Positions 1-11,458 are shown, counted from the first letter of the stretch. The stretch is 64,000 nt of DNA from Dehalococcoidia bacterium (GCA_965243655.1 CBDEVV010000017.1:1396319-1460318), one strand, 5' to 3'. A program made the numbers and translations. The notes: generated by a model not told the origin, from the sequence alone.

Positions 1-2332
1 CCTCCTCCGGCGACAGCCCCGTCTGCTGGCTCATGCCGAACGGGCTTAGCCCGTATATCACGCCGAAGTTCATGATCTTGGCGATGCGCCGCATCTCCGA
101 GTCCACCTCGTCGATGCCCACCCCGTACACCGACGACGCAGTCGCCGCGTGGATGTCCTGCCCGCTCTCGAACGCCTCGATCAGGCCGCCGTCCCTGGAC
201 AGCTCCGCCAGGATGCGCAGCTCGATCTGCGAGTAGTCCGCCCCGAGCAGCGTCCAGTCGGGGTCCTGCGCCACGAAGGCCTGGCGCACCTCGCGCCCCA
301 TCTCCGTGCGGATCGGGATGTTCTGCACGTTCGGGTCATTGCTCGACACGCGCCCCGTTGCCGAGCCGGTCTGGTGGTACATGGTGTGGACGCGCCCCGT
401 CGCCGGATTCACCTGCCCGGGCAGCGAGTCCAGGTAGGTCGACTTGATCTTGGTGAGCTGGCGGTACTCCAGCACCCTGTCCAGCACCTCGACGGCCTTC
501 GGGTCGACGTCGTCCGCCTGCCCGAGATTGATCATCTGCCTGAGCCACTCCAGAGACTGTGCGTCGGTGGCGTACCCCGTCTTCCTCTTCTTGGTTGGCG
601 GCAGCCTTAGCTCATCGAACAGCACACCCCCGAGCTGTTGAGATGAGCCGATGTTGAACTCGTGGCCCACCAGCTCGAACATCCCCGCCTCGGTGCGCTC
701 TATGTCGCGCTCGAACCGGTCGGACATCGCCCTCAGGTGGTCCACGTCGACCGCCACGCCGGTGCGTTGCATCCGCACAAGCACAGGGATGAGGGGCATC
801 TCGAACTCGCCCAGCGCGCCCGCGACGCCCTTCGCGGCCGACTCCTCCGTGAGGGGCTCCCTGAGCTGCCAGGTCGCGTCGGCCCTGCCGCACGCGTGCA
901 CTGACGCGTCCCCGATGGACGCCTGTGCCATCGTGATCTGCTTCCTGCCCGTGCCGATGATATCCGTGACCGGCTTGAGCTCGATGTCCAGCGACTCCAG
1001 CGCCAGCGCCTCGATGCCGACGGCCTTGCGGCCCCCCACGTGCGCCGCGATCATCGGGTCGAAGTCCACGTTGCGCACCGTCACACCGTGGCGGGCCAGC
1101 ACCGTCATGCCGTGATTGGCGTCGTGGGCCGACTTGGGTATCGACTCGTCCTCCAGCACGCCCCGGACAGCGTCCAGCGCCGCTTCGAGCCCGACCTGCT
1201 CGCCCGACTCGTGCCCCACCGGCACGTACCAGGCGGCGTTCGCCTCGTTCGAGAACGCGATGCCCGCCAGCTCGCCGTACATCGGGTTCATGGCCGTCGA
1301 GACCACCTCGAACGCGAACCCGCCGGGGGAGCCGAGGGCCTCGACCATCTCGTGCAGGCCGGCAGGCGTGTCGACCACCGTGTACAGGGTCTCCCGCTCC
1401 TCGGGCTCCGGAATGAGCTGGCCCTGGGTCGGCGCGCCGTCGCCCTGCGGCTCCGGTATACGCGACACGATGCTGAAGAACTCCAGCTCCTTCAGCTTCT
1501 CCAGCACCTCGGCGCGGTCGTAGTCCCACAACCGCATCCCGTCCATGTCCAGGTCTAGGTCCAGGTCGCGCACGATCGTCGTCAGGAACTTGCCGCGCCG
1601 CAGCTCCTCCACGTTGTCGCGTATGCTCTGCTGGGTCCTCGGAGGCTTCACCTCGTCCAGCCGCTCGATTATCCCCTCGACGGAGCCGAACTGCGTCAGC
1701 AGCTTGATGGCCGTCTTGGCCCCCACGCCCGGCACGCCGGGTATGTTGTCGGTCGTGTCGCCCTGCAGCGCCTTGATGTCCGCGACGACCTCAGGGCCCA
1801 GCCCGTCGTACCGCTCCTTCACCTTCGCCACGTCGTACATCGTCGTGCGCTGCACGCTGTAGCTCAGCAACACCCGCACCCGGTCCGACACCAGCTGAAG
1901 CTCGTCCGTATCGCCGGTGAGCACTACCGTGTCTACGCCCTGCTCCTCGGCCTTCCGGCACAGCGTACCCAGCACGTCGTCGGCCTCGTACCCCGGCTGC
2001 TCCAGCACGGGGATCTTGAACGCGTGCATGATCTCCCGCACCCGCTCCACCTGCTGCCGCAGCTCGGGCGGCATGGGCGGGCGCGTAGCCTTGTACTCGT
2101 CGTACTGGTCGTGCCTGAAGGTCGGTCCTGACAGGTCGAACGCGATGGCGCAGTGCGTCGGGTCCAGGTCTGACAGGTTGCGCAGGAAGGTGTTGAGGAA
2201 GCCGTAGACCCCGCGCACCTCCTCGCCGGTCGTCCTGACCGTCATCGGCGTTTGGATGGCATAGAAGGCCCTGTACACCATCGCATGCCCGTCCAGCAGG
2301 ACCAGCAGCGGCTTTCCGCCCTGCCTTGCCAT
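1..2332 (-). CDS. polA: DNA polymerase I, C-terminus runs off the left edge
   Basis: Not in the ORF track because there is no stop inside the window. My translation from ATG 2332-2330 gives MARQGGKPLLVLLDGHAMVYRAFYA...GDTTDNIPGVPGVGAKTA (5'-3' exo domain). Near the edge it reads QDIHAATASSVYGV...RRIAKIMNFGVIYG (pol domain). The frame is the same at both ends. Confidence 0.92.
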   Translation of the reverse strand, partial: MARQGGKPLLVLLDGHAMVYRAFYAIQTPMTVRTTGEEVRGVYGFLNTFLRNLSDLDPTHCAIAFDLSGPTFRHDQYDEYKATRPPMPPELRQQVERVREIMHAFKIPVLEQPGYEADDVLGTLCRKAEEQGVDTVVLTGDTDELQLVSDRVRVLLSYSVQRTTMYDVAKVKERYDGLGPEVVADIKALQGDTTDNIPGVPGVGAKTAIKLLTQFGSVEGIIERLDEVKPPRTQQSIRDNVEELRRGKFLTTIVRDLDLDLDMDGMRLWDYDRAEVLEKLKELEFFSIVSRIPEPQGDGAPTQGQLIPEPEERETLYTVVDTPAGLHEMVEALGSPGGFAFEVVSTAMNPMYGELAGIAFSNEANAAWYVPVGHESGEQVGLEAALDAVRGVLEDESIPKSAHDANHGMTVLARHGVTVRNVDFDPMIAAHVGGRKAVGIEALALESLDIELKPVTDIIGTGRKQITMAQASIGDASVHACGRADATWQLREPLTEESAAKGVAGALGEFEMPLIPVLVRMQRTGVAVDVDHLRAMSDRFERDIERTEAGMFELVGHEFNIGSSQQLGGVLFDELRLPPTKKRKTGYATDAQSLEWLRQMINLGQADDVDPKAVEVLDRVLEYRQLTKIKSTYLDSLPGQVNPATGRVHTMYHQTGSATGRVSSNDPNVQNIPIRTEMGREVRQAFVAQDPDWTLLGADYSQIELRILAELSRDGGLIEAFESGQDIHAATASSVYGVGIDEVDSEMRRIAKIMNFGVIYGLSPFGMSQQTGLSPEE

Positions 2333-3373
2333 CTAGCCCACCCCGTTCTCGCGGCTCGATTCGCCCGCGCCGTTCGAGGAGGCATGGGCAACACTTCCGT
2401 TCACTCTACTGGGTTCGTCAGCGGGCGGACTCGCGAAGTGCAGCAGGTACTCGAAGGTCGTCCCCATCGTGATGTAGTTGCTCGGCCAGCCGAAGATGCC
2501 GACCCGGTTCACGATGTTCGTGCGGTCCCAGATGATCGTGTTGCGGAACTCGTAGCCCGCTTTCCTCAGGGCCTCGACCACCGATATGTGGATCGTGACC
2601 CGCTCGCCCTCCCACCACATGTCCGGCACGTTCACCACGCAGTGGCCCCCCGGCTTCAGGATGCTGCGCATCCCGGCGAAGATGGCGCACATGGCCTCCG
2701 AATACTCCTCCAGCTTCATGGTGCCCAGGTCACGCGGGTCCTGCGAGTACTGCTCCACCGTGCCCAGCTGCTCGTTCTTGCGGTTGCGCCGCGACTTGTT
2801 TCGCCTCTCCCTGTTCAGCAGGTTCGCGTACGGCGGCGAAGTCAACACCAGCGACACGCTGCCCGGCTCCAGATAGTCCGAGACGCTGGAGGCGTCGTCG
2901 TGCACTGCCACCTGGGATGTATTGGACGGCTCCGCCCCGCCAAGCCGGGACTCCGAGACGTCGATGTACCCGCCGTGCAGGTCGAATCCCACGGCGTTCC
3001 GGTTCGTGTCCTGGGCGGCCACCAACGTCGTGCCGCTGCCGACGAACGGGTCCAGCACCAGTTCGCCCTCATGTGTGAACAGCTCGATCACCCGCGTCGC
3101 CAGGGAGATTGGGAAAGTCGCCGGGTGTACCTTCTTGTCGCGGATGTCCCGGCCCTGGTAGTAGAACTGCCACACCCCAAGCTGGCTCTTAAGCCACTCC
3201 TTGGCCGTCAGGCAGTTCAGGTGGTTGGGCTTGCAATCGCAAAGCCGCTCGCCGCCGATGGGCAGCCGCGTCCGGTAAAGGCCGCCGCCCTCCCGAACCG
3301 CGAGCAGAGGGAGTACGCCCTGCGTCCCGCCCGCCGCGCCGATCATCTCTTCGGTGGTCGTCGAGTCACTCAT
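2333..3373 (-). CDS. DNA methyltransferase, N4/N6 (N6_N4_Mtase-like) family, orphan
   Basis: Track ORF 2333..3481. I start it at ATG 3373 (MSDSTTTEE) to avoid overlapping the upstream gene. HPATFPISLATRVIELFTHEGELVLDPFVGSGTT (AdoMet motif) is followed by SVSLVLTSPPYANL (catalytic SPPY). Stop TAG 2335-2333 directly abuts the polA ATG. Confidence 0.8.
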   Translation of the reverse strand: MSDSTTTEEMIGAAGGTQGVLPLLAVREGGGLYRTRLPIGGERLCDCKPNHLNCLTAKEWLKSQLGVWQFYYQGRDIRDKKVHPATFPISLATRVIELFTHEGELVLDPFVGSGTTLVAAQDTNRNAVGFDLHGGYIDVSESRLGGAEPSNTSQVAVHDDASSVSDYLEPGSVSLVLTSPPYANLLNRERRNKSRRNRKNEQLGTVEQYSQDPRDLGTMKLEEYSEAMCAIFAGMRSILKPGGHCVVNVPDMWWEGERVTIHISVVEALRKAGYEFRNTIIWDRTNIVNRVGIFGWPSNYITMGTTFEYLLHFASPPADEPSRVNGSVAHASSNGAGESSRENGVG

Positions 3374-3450
3374 GGGTTCCCCATCGGTGTGGGTGCATTG
3401 TATACCCACACTGACGGGTCGCGCCGCCGATGGGGAGGGACTCGCTGAGG

Positions 3451-5331
3451 CTAGACTACCCGCCGCTCGGCCCGCAGCCACTCGCGGCGAAGCCCTGCAC
3501 CGAGCATCTCGCCGCAGCGGTCCAGGATGGCGTCACCTAATGCCGCGGCCTCCGAGTCGACGACCGCCTTCGTGTCCTCGAGCGACTCGCCCGCGGGGGC
3601 GTGGTGCTGCACGTAGACCTTCAGCTTCGGCTCGGTGCCCGACGGCCTGACGGTGACGCGCGTCCGCCGGTCGTCCGACAGGTACAGCGTGACGATGTCC
3701 GCCGACCCGCCCATGCGGTACGCGTCCGGCGCACGCGCGGCCTTGTCCAGCCTGTCCTCCATCGCGGTCACGGCCATCCCCGCCAGGCCCTGCGGCGGGT
3801 CCGCGCGTAGGCCCAGCATCACCTCCGTCATCACGCCGCGCCCGGAACTACCGGGCAGCTCGACGAGCAGCAGCGCGTTCCTGTAGTAGCCGTACTCGGC
3901 ATATAGCTCGTCGAGGTACATGGGAACCGTAGCGCCCCGGTCCTTGAGCCGCGAGGCCATCTCGCACACGAGCAGCGCGCCGATGGCCGCATCCTTGTCG
4001 CGCACGAAGTCCCCCGCCAGGTAGCCAAGGCTCTCCTCCGCCGCAAACACGAACCTCGACGGGTCGTCCAGGCCGCCGATGACCTGCGCGATGAACTTGA
4101 ACCCGACGAGCAGGTCGTCGACAGGCTCGAGCCTGAAGCTCCGGGCCACGTCCGCGATCAGGCCGGTCGTCACCAGCGTTTCGATCACCACCTCGTCGCC
4201 GCGAAGCTCGCCCGCGTCCCTGCGGCGCGAGAGGAGGTAGTGCGTCAGCGCCGCGCCCACTTGGTTCCCGGTGAGGAGGCTCACCCGGTCGGACCCCCAG
4301 TCCGTCCTCGCCGCGACGCCGATGCGGTCCGCGTCCGGGTCGGCGCATATGGCGATATCCGCGCCTATGTCCTCCGCAAGCCTCACGGGCAGCTCCATCA
4401 CCTCGGGGAACTCCGGGTTGATCAGGTCGCCCGCGGCAGTGGGGAAGCCCTCGTCGGGCTCGGCCTGCTCCGGCACGACCGTGACGTCGAACCCCTCGGC
4501 GCGCAGCACCTCCAGGACATTGGTCGAGCCCGCGCCGTGCATCGGGCTGAACACGACATTCGCAGACCTGCTCTCCCCCGAGGCCAGGCTCCGCACCGCG
4601 CCCAGGTACGCCTCGTCCACGTTCGCGCCGAGGGTCGACACGAGCCCCCGGCTCTCGGCCTGGGACAGAGGCATGCGCCGGACATCCGATACATCGGTGA
4701 CGAGCTGCATGAACCGCGCGTCATGGGGCGGCACGACCTGCCCGCCATCGGACCAGTAGAACTTGAACCCGTTGTCGGTGCGCGGGTTGTGCGACGCCGT
4801 GATCTGAACCCCGGCGGTAGCCCCCAGGTGGCGTACGGCGAAGGATATCTCCGGCGTGGCGCGTAGGCCGTCGAACAGGTGCGACCGGATCCCGTTGGCC
4901 GCGAACACCTCGCAGGAAAGCTCGGCGAACTCCCTCGACTGCCTGCGGGCCTCGTGGCCCACGACCACGCCCGCCTCCCTTGCGGCATCGCCATAGTCGT
5001 CGATGAAGGCGCTCAGTCCCTGTGCCGCCTCGCCGATGGTGCGAGCGTTGATGCGGTTGGGCCCCGGGCCGAGTGGGCCCCGTAATCCGCCCGTGCCGAC
5101 CCTGAGCCGCGCGGCGAAGGCGTCTTCGAGCTCGTCCCAGCTCTCTGAGTCGGCCAGCGCCTCGATGTCGGACGCGAAGGCGGCGAGGCCGGGATCGGTC
5201 AGCCAGCGATCGAGATTGGCGAGGGCGGCCGGGCTCAGCCTGTCCGAAGATGCGGCTCTGTCGAGTGCCCGTTTGGCGTCGTCGCCTGCCATGCCCGGCG
5301 CAGGCCCTAGCTCCCGCCTGCCTGTCCCCAC
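3451..5331 (-). CDS. alpha-D-phosphohexomutase family (phosphoglucomutase/phosphomannomutase)
   Basis: Phosphoserine loop [15 protein letters not shown] and metal loop [10 protein letters not shown]. An alternative start at the in-frame M at 5292 would remove the overlap with metK. Confidence 0.85.
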   Translation of the reverse strand: MGTGRRELGPAPGMAGDDAKRALDRAASSDRLSPAALANLDRWLTDPGLAAFASDIEALADSESWDELEDAFAARLRVGTGGLRGPLGPGPNRINARTIGEAAQGLSAFIDDYGDAAREAGVVVGHEARRQSREFAELSCEVFAANGIRSHLFDGLRATPEISFAVRHLGATAGVQITASHNPRTDNGFKFYWSDGGQVVPPHDARFMQLVTDVSDVRRMPLSQAESRGLVSTLGANVDEAYLGAVRSLASGESRSANVVFSPMHGAGSTNVLEVLRAEGFDVTVVPEQAEPDEGFPTAAGDLINPEFPEVMELPVRLAEDIGADIAICADPDADRIGVAARTDWGSDRVSLLTGNQVGAALTHYLLSRRRDAGELRGDEVVIETLVTTGLIADVARSFRLEPVDDLLVGFKFIAQVIGGLDDPSRFVFAAEESLGYLAGDFVRDKDAAIGALLVCEMASRLKDRGATVPMYLDELYAEYGYYRNALLLVELPGSSGRGVMTEVMLGLRADPPQGLAGMAVTAMEDRLDKAARAPDAYRMGGSADIVTLYLSDDRRTRVTVRPSGTEPKLKVYVQHHAPAGESLEDTKAVVDSEAAALGDAILDRCGEMLGAGLRREWLRAERRVV

Positions 5332-6533
5332 TCCTCGCGAATGGCTTCGGCCCGGTCGGTGCGCTCCCAGGGAAGGTCCAGGTCGTCCCGCCCGAAGTGG
5401 CCGTAGGCGGCTGTCTGCTTGTAGATCGGCGCCCTCAGCCCCAGGTCCCGGATGATCGCGCCGGGACGCAGGTCGAAGTGCTTGTCCGCCAGGTCTACGA
5501 TCACGTCGTCCGGCGCGTTGTTCGTGCCGAAGGTCTCGATCGACACGGACATGGGCTTCGCCATCCCGATGGCGTAGGAGACCTGTATCTCCAGCCGATC
5601 AGCCAGACCGGCCGCCACCAGGTTCTTGGCGACCCACCGCGCGGCGTAGGCAGCCGAGCGGTCGACCTTCGTCGGGTCCTTGCCCGAGAAAGCGCCGCCC
5701 CCGTGCCTCGCCATGCCGCCGTAGGTGTCGACCAGTATCTTTCGCCCGGTCAGCCCCGCGTCACCCTTGGGGCCGCCTATCACGAACCGGCCCGAGGGGT
5801 TGACGTGGTACACGGTGTCGTCGTCGAGAAGGTCCGAAGGAATCGCGGCCGCGGCAACGTGCTCGATGAGGCTGCTCTCGATCTCCGCCTGGCTCACGTC
5901 GGGAGAGTGCTGTGTGCTCAGCACCACCGTGTCGACCCTCTTCGGCTTACCGTACGCGTACTCGATGGTCACCTGGGACTTGCCGTCCGGCCGCATAAAA
6001 GGAAGGAGGCCAGATTTCCTGACCTCCGCCATGCGTCTCGTGAGCCGGTGAGAAAGGGCGATCGGCATCGGCATCAGCTCGTCGGTCTCGTTGCACGCGT
6101 AGCCCACCATCATGCCCTGGTCGCCCGCCCCGAGCATCTCGATGCCCGCGTCGACCGCGTCCACCTCGCCCCTGACTTCCAGGGCAACGTCCACGCCGCC
6201 GGCGATGTCGCTCGACTGCCGGTTGAGAGACACGATGACCCCGCACGAATCGTAGTCGAACCCGTACTCCGAGTCCGTGTAGCCGGCGTCCCTGATCGTT
6301 TCCCTCACCAGGTCCGGCACGTCGATGCGGGCCTCTGTGGTGATCTCGCCCATTACGACCACCAGCCCGGTGGTCGTACACGCCTCGCACGCCACGCGGC
6401 CAGCGGGGTCCTGGGCAAGGATGGCGTCGAGCACTGCGTCCGAGACCTGGTCGCACAGCTTGTCCGGGTGCCCCTCGGTCACGGATTCCGAGGTGAACAG
6501 GTAGCTGGGCGACTCGCTGAGGCTGTACGGCAC
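5307..6533 (-). CDS. metK: S-adenosylmethionine synthetase
   Basis: [35 protein letters not shown] and [16 protein letters not shown]. The track start is 6584, but GTG 6533 is preceded by GGAGG (6545-6541) at 7 nt and gives a canonical N-terminus. Confidence 0.93.
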   Translation of the reverse strand: MPYSLSESPSYLFTSESVTEGHPDKLCDQVSDAVLDAILAQDPAGRVACEACTTTGLVVVMGEITTEARIDVPDLVRETIRDAGYTDSEYGFDYDSCGVIVSLNRQSSDIAGGVDVALEVRGEVDAVDAGIEMLGAGDQGMMVGYACNETDELMPMPIALSHRLTRRMAEVRKSGLLPFMRPDGKSQVTIEYAYGKPKRVDTVVLSTQHSPDVSQAEIESSLIEHVAAAAIPSDLLDDDTVYHVNPSGRFVIGGPKGDAGLTGRKILVDTYGGMARHGGGAFSGKDPTKVDRSAAYAARWVAKNLVAAGLADRLEIQVSYAIGMAKPMSVSIETFGTNNAPDDVIVDLADKHFDLRPGAIIRDLGLRAPIYKQTAAYGHFGRDDLDLPWERTDRAEAIREEWGQAGGS

Positions 6534-6580
6534 TTCTATTCCTCCATCGTCTTCTAGGGTGTCAGGCCCTTGCGCATCCG

Positions 6581-6630
6581 TCATTCCCGCGAAGGCGAGA
6601 ATCCAGAGGGGTGGGGGGAGGCTTGGATTC
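6581..6630. repeat. short hairpin repeat, family B (TTCCYGCGAAGGCRRGAAYCCAGAGGGG)
   Basis: tcattcccgcgaaggcgagaatccagagggg plus a second stem, gaatcca...tggattc. A near copy lies at 49538-49567. Confidence 0.6.
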
Positions 6631-6647
6631 CGCCACTCTCGATCCCA

Positions 6648-7931
<1,284 letters not shown>

Positions 7932-8933
7932 CTACCGGCCACGCGGGCCGGGCAACGACTCGCCCTCGCCAAGCGGGGCGAACGCAGTAATCTCTGAAAG
8001 TGTCCTGAACCGTCCCTCTATGTCTGCTCGTTCCAGAGAGCATACACGGTCGAGGCTGAAGCTCTCCACCGCGAAGGACCCCATAACCGTGCCGACAATC
8101 GCGGCCCTGCGAAACCCGGACGGGCTGAGGTCGCCGGTGGCCGCCAGGTATCCGACGAATCCGCCGGCGAAGCAGTCGCCGGCTCCCGTGGGGTCGACCA
8201 CCGCATCCACCGGGTAGGCCGGCGTCGCGAACAGGCCCGACTCCTGCACGACCAAGACCCCGTGCTCGCCGCGCTTGACGACCACGACCGCCGGGCCCGT
8301 CTCTATGATACGCCGGGCGGCCGCCAGCAGGTTCGCCTCGCCCGAAAAGCTCCGCACCTCCGACTCGTCCATGAACAGCACGTCGACTTCGCTCACTATG
8401 CGCCCCAGGGCCTCCCTGCTGCCGTCGATCCAGAAGTTCATCGTGTCCAGGGCGACCAGCCTGGGCCTCGGGGCCATCTGGTCGAGCACGGACATCTGCA
8501 GCTCGGGGTCGTTGTTGGCCAGGAACAGGTAGTCCTGGGCGCTTTGGGCGTCGCTCAACCTTGGCTCGAAATCGACCAGGACGTTGAGCTGCGTGTCCAG
8601 CGTGTCTCTAGTGTTCACGTCCTCCGCGCCGTACACGCCGGACCACCTGAAGGTCCTGCCCTGCTTCGTCTCCAGGCCCGACAGATCCACGCCGTGGGAC
8701 TCCAGCAGCGCCGCATGGGCCGGGTCGAAGTCGTCTCCGACCACCGCGACCAGCCCGATGTCCGCGAAGCAGCTTCCGGCCACCGAGAAGTAAGCCGCCG
8801 AACCGCCCAGGGCATCCTCGCGGCGCCCCGCCTGGGTCTGCACCGTGTCGTAGGCCACTGTGCCCACAGCCAGCACGGCGCCCGGCGGCGCTGGGCGAAA
8901 GCGCCCGTCTGGGGCCGAAGGGGAGTCGGTCAC
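7932..8933 (-). CDS. PfkB-family carbohydrate/nucleoside kinase (adenosine kinase candidate)
   Basis: PfkB signature DPTGAGDCFAGGFVGYL near the C-terminus. Context between ahcY and MTA phosphorylase. Confidence 0.75.
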   Translation of the reverse strand: MTDSPSAPDGRFRPAPPGAVLAVGTVAYDTVQTQAGRREDALGGSAAYFSVAGSCFADIGLVAVVGDDFDPAHAALLESHGVDLSGLETKQGRTFRWSGVYGAEDVNTRDTLDTQLNVLVDFEPRLSDAQSAQDYLFLANNDPELQMSVLDQMAPRPRLVALDTMNFWIDGSREALGRIVSEVDVLFMDESEVRSFSGEANLLAAARRIIETGPAVVVVKRGEHGVLVVQESGLFATPAYPVDAVVDPTGAGDCFAGGFVGYLAATGDLSPSGFRRAAIVGTVMGSFAVESFSLDRVCSLERADIEGRFRTLSEITAFAPLGEGESLPGPRGR

Positions 8934-8934
8934 C

Positions 8935-9294
8935 CTATTCGTCGGAGCCGTAGCTGGCCGGAAGGCCGCGCTCTATCCACGCCTCCGTGCCATCCTCGAT
9001 GTTGAACAGCTTCTCCGTGTCGAACCCCATAGCGGCCGCCATCTCACATGCCAGGCCGCTGCGCACGCCCTGCGCGCAGATGAAAAGCAGGTTCTTGTCG
9101 GCTGGTAGCTCGCCGATCCTCGCCAGCACGTCGTCGACCGGGATGAAGACGGCGCCCTTGACGTGCCCGGCCTCGTACTCGTCGTCCCGGCGTACGTCTA
9201 CGACCACAGACTCTCCGTCTTCGTACAGCTCTCCTGCCTCGTCCAATGTGACGCGGTAGTATGGCTCGCCTTGATCACGTCTGGGCATCGACAC
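8935..9294 (-). CDS. rhodanese-domain sulfurtransferase
   Basis: 119 aa single rhodanese fold. DVRRDDEYEAGHVKGAVFIP, active-site loop CAQGVRS. Confidence 0.8.
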   Translation of the reverse strand: MSMPRRDQGEPYYRVTLDEAGELYEDGESVVVDVRRDDEYEAGHVKGAVFIPVDDVLARIGELPADKNLLFICAQGVRSGLACEMAAAMGFDTEKLFNIEDGTEAWIERGLPASYGSDE

Positions 9295-10162
9295 CTCCGT
9301 GCGGCTCCAGGTAACGGCCGATAAGGGCCGACAGCCGCGCTCTGGTTTCGTTCCCGATCAACTCGGGGCTTGTAATTATCGCATTCTCGAGGGCCGATGC
9401 GCACCCACAGTTTCGGTCGGAGGGGATCCCGGCCGCCAGCGAGCGGATGACCCGTCGCGACGCGTCCACGTTCTTCAACAGGTTCTGGACTACCAGCTCG
9501 ACGGAGACCTGCTCCTCGGTCTCGTGCCAGGTGTCGTAGTCAGTGACCAATGCGAGGGTCGCGTAGCAAATCTCCGCCTCCCGGGCCAGCCTCGCCTCAG
9601 GCAGCGCCGTCATGCCGATGATCGCCGCCCCCCAGGAGCGAAAGAGCTCGGACTCCGCACGCGTCGAGAACTGCGGGCCCTCGATTACGACGCAGGCCCC
9701 GCCCCTGTGTGCCGTAACCTCGCGAGCCGCGGCTTCCCACACTGCTTTGCCCAGGACCGTGCAGTAGGGCTCCGCGAAGGCGGTGTGGACGACGATGCCC
9801 TCGTCGAAGAAGGTGATGGGCCGGCCACGGGTGCGGTCGATCAGCTGGTCCGGCACCACCATGTCCAGGGGCCGGATCCCCTCCTGCAGGCTGCCGACCG
9901 CGCTGATGGAGACGACGCGCTCGACGCCCAGCAGCTTGAATGCGTAGATGTTGGCGCGGGCTGGGAGGTTGGAGGGGGAGATCCTGTGGCCGCGTCCGTG
10001 CCTCGGCAGGAAGGCGACCCTCTCGCCCGACATCTCACCGACGACGATACTGTCGCTGGGGGATCCGAACGGGGTGTCCACGTCCACCGGCTGGGCCCCT
10101 TCGAGGCCGTCCATCTCATAGAGGCCGGACCCGCCGATGAACCCGATTCTTGCAGTGCTCAA
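9275..10162 (-). CDS. mtnP: S-methyl-5'-thioadenosine phosphorylase
   Basis: IGFIGGSGLY...VAFLPRHGRGHRISPSNLPARANIYAFKLLGV. TTG start overlaps the Uma2 stop (TTGA). Confidence 0.9.
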   Translation of the reverse strand: MSTARIGFIGGSGLYEMDGLEGAQPVDVDTPFGSPSDSIVVGEMSGERVAFLPRHGRGHRISPSNLPARANIYAFKLLGVERVVSISAVGSLQEGIRPLDMVVPDQLIDRTRGRPITFFDEGIVVHTAFAEPYCTVLGKAVWEAAAREVTAHRGGACVVIEGPQFSTRAESELFRSWGAAIIGMTALPEARLAREAEICYATLALVTDYDTWHETEEQVSVELVVQNLLKNVDASRRVIRSLAAGIPSDRNCGCASALENAIITSPELIGNETRARLSALIGRYLEPHGGVDAQT

Positions 10163-10725
10163 TCGTCGAAGACTTCGCTCACCCCACAGGCGAAACCGGG
10201 CAACACATCCAGACCGTCCAGGGAGTCGTCCTCGGTGAGCGTCGTTGCTGCTTCGCCGCTGCGGTACACATCCACGGTGCGACTGTCCGGGTGTACGACC
10301 CAGACCAAGCCAACCCCGTAGCTAAGCCACATCAGCGCCTTGTCGTTGACCTCTACGATGGTGTTGTTCGGGGACACGACCTCCACCACTAGGTCGGGGG
10401 CCACCTCGGCATAGCCGGTGACCCTCACCCCCTGAGGCATCTTCTCAGCCGAGAAGTACGCGATGTCTGGCTCGCGCACAGTGTCAGGGTTGCGCTCTAG
10501 CCAGACGCCTGAGTCAGAGGCCGTAAGGCTTCCCAGCTTCCTGGGCTTGACGAAATTCCTTAGTTCGGCGCCGAGGTTGATGACCACCCGGCCGTGTTCG
10601 TGTCCTGCAGGCATTGTTTCGCAAAGCACCCCACGGATCAGCTCTCCGCGAACTCCCTTGGCGTCGAGTTGCAGCAGCTCATCGGCGGTAATCAGCTTCG
10701 TCCCCACAGCCGTTGCGCTCGTCAT
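10159..10725 (-). CDS. Uma2 (DUF820) family restriction-endonuclease-fold protein
   Basis: 188 aa. GELIRGVL...EPDIAYF...APDLVVEVVSPNN, typical of the Uma2 family. Confidence 0.8.
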   Translation of the reverse strand: MTSATAVGTKLITADELLQLDAKGVRGELIRGVLCETMPAGHEHGRVVINLGAELRNFVKPRKLGSLTASDSGVWLERNPDTVREPDIAYFSAEKMPQGVRVTGYAEVAPDLVVEVVSPNNTIVEVNDKALMWLSYGVGLVWVVHPDSRTVDVYRSGEAATTLTEDDSLDGLDVLPGFACGVSEVFDD

Positions 10726-10870
10726 GTCCGACTCCCCTTACCCGAGAGCACGTAGCGAATCATACTATAGCCTGTCGGCAGTAGGTTAGCTACAACATCG
10801 TTGCTGGAGACACATCGCAGCCGCTGGTGGGGCGCGAGTACAGAGAGAGCCCCGTCTCTTTGGCTGATCT

Positions 10871-11458
10871 CTACTGGAGCGGCGCGGTGCTGAAGATCAC
10901 CCTGAACGGCTTGCAGTAGATGACTACGGCGCCCACCGAGTCGAGGTCCGTCTCCGCCGGTATCTCGTAATTCTGGTTGCCGATGTTGCCCTTCAGCTTG
11001 CCCAGCTCCACGTAGCCGTCCTGGTGGACGTCGTCGCGGCTGCCGGGATCGGGGTGCGGAGTGAGAATCACGCGCAGGTCTGGGCCGTTCGTGCCCTTGA
11101 AGTCCTCCATGCGCAGTACGCCGGAGCCGTCGGGCAGCCTGTACACCGTGGCTGTGCCCTCGCCCTTGTGGAAGGAGTCCGCGCCCATGAACTGCCCTGT
11201 CTTGAGGGCCTCGGCCTCCTTCATCGGTTCCATCATCGGCTCGGTCATCGGCAGGTCCACCTTGGCCATGGTCTCCATGACCTTCTCGGCCTCCGCCATG
11301 GTGACTCCTGCCGGCATCTCAGCGTTGGCGGCGAACGGGAACTCCTCCTGGACTTCCGTGTCGAAGAAGAGAGGCGCCAGCAGCCACCATGCAAATGCTC
11401 CACCGGCGATCACGACGACGACCGCAAGTCCTATCCACAACCGCATGTTTCCTGCCAT
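10871..11458 (-). CDS. DM13-domain protein with N-terminal membrane anchor
   Basis: N-terminal TM LWIGLAVVVVIAGGAFAWWLLAPL. GQFMGADSFHKGEGTATVYRLPDGSGVLRMEDFKGTNGPDLRVILT matches the DM13 pattern. Confidence 0.7.
   Translation of the reverse strand: MAGNMRLWIGLAVVVVIAGGAFAWWLLAPLFFDTEVQEEFPFAANAEMPAGVTMAEAEKVMETMAKVDLPMTEPMMEPMKEAEALKTGQFMGADSFHKGEGTATVYRLPDGSGVLRMEDFKGTNGPDLRVILTPHPDPGSRDDVHQDGYVELGKLKGNIGNQNYEIPAETDLDSVGAVVIYCKPFRVIFSTAPLQ

Noticed and set aside
612-1529. 305-aa minus-strand ORF rich in Arg/Gly/Ala, plus several plus-strand ORFs across 1-2300
   Set aside because: They are off-frame or antisense to polA, whose frame gives unambiguous Pol I motifs. This is the typical high-GC spurious ORF composition.
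6534-6647. Possible SAM or SAH riboswitch in the ahcY-metK spacer, and upstream of ahcY at 7917-7931
   Set aside because: I could not find the conserved cores of the SAM-I, SAM-II, SAM-IV or SAH elements as I remember them. Most of the spacer is explained by a dispersed repeat that also occurs at 49538. The ahcY leader is only 15 nt. A covariance-model scan is still needed to be certain.
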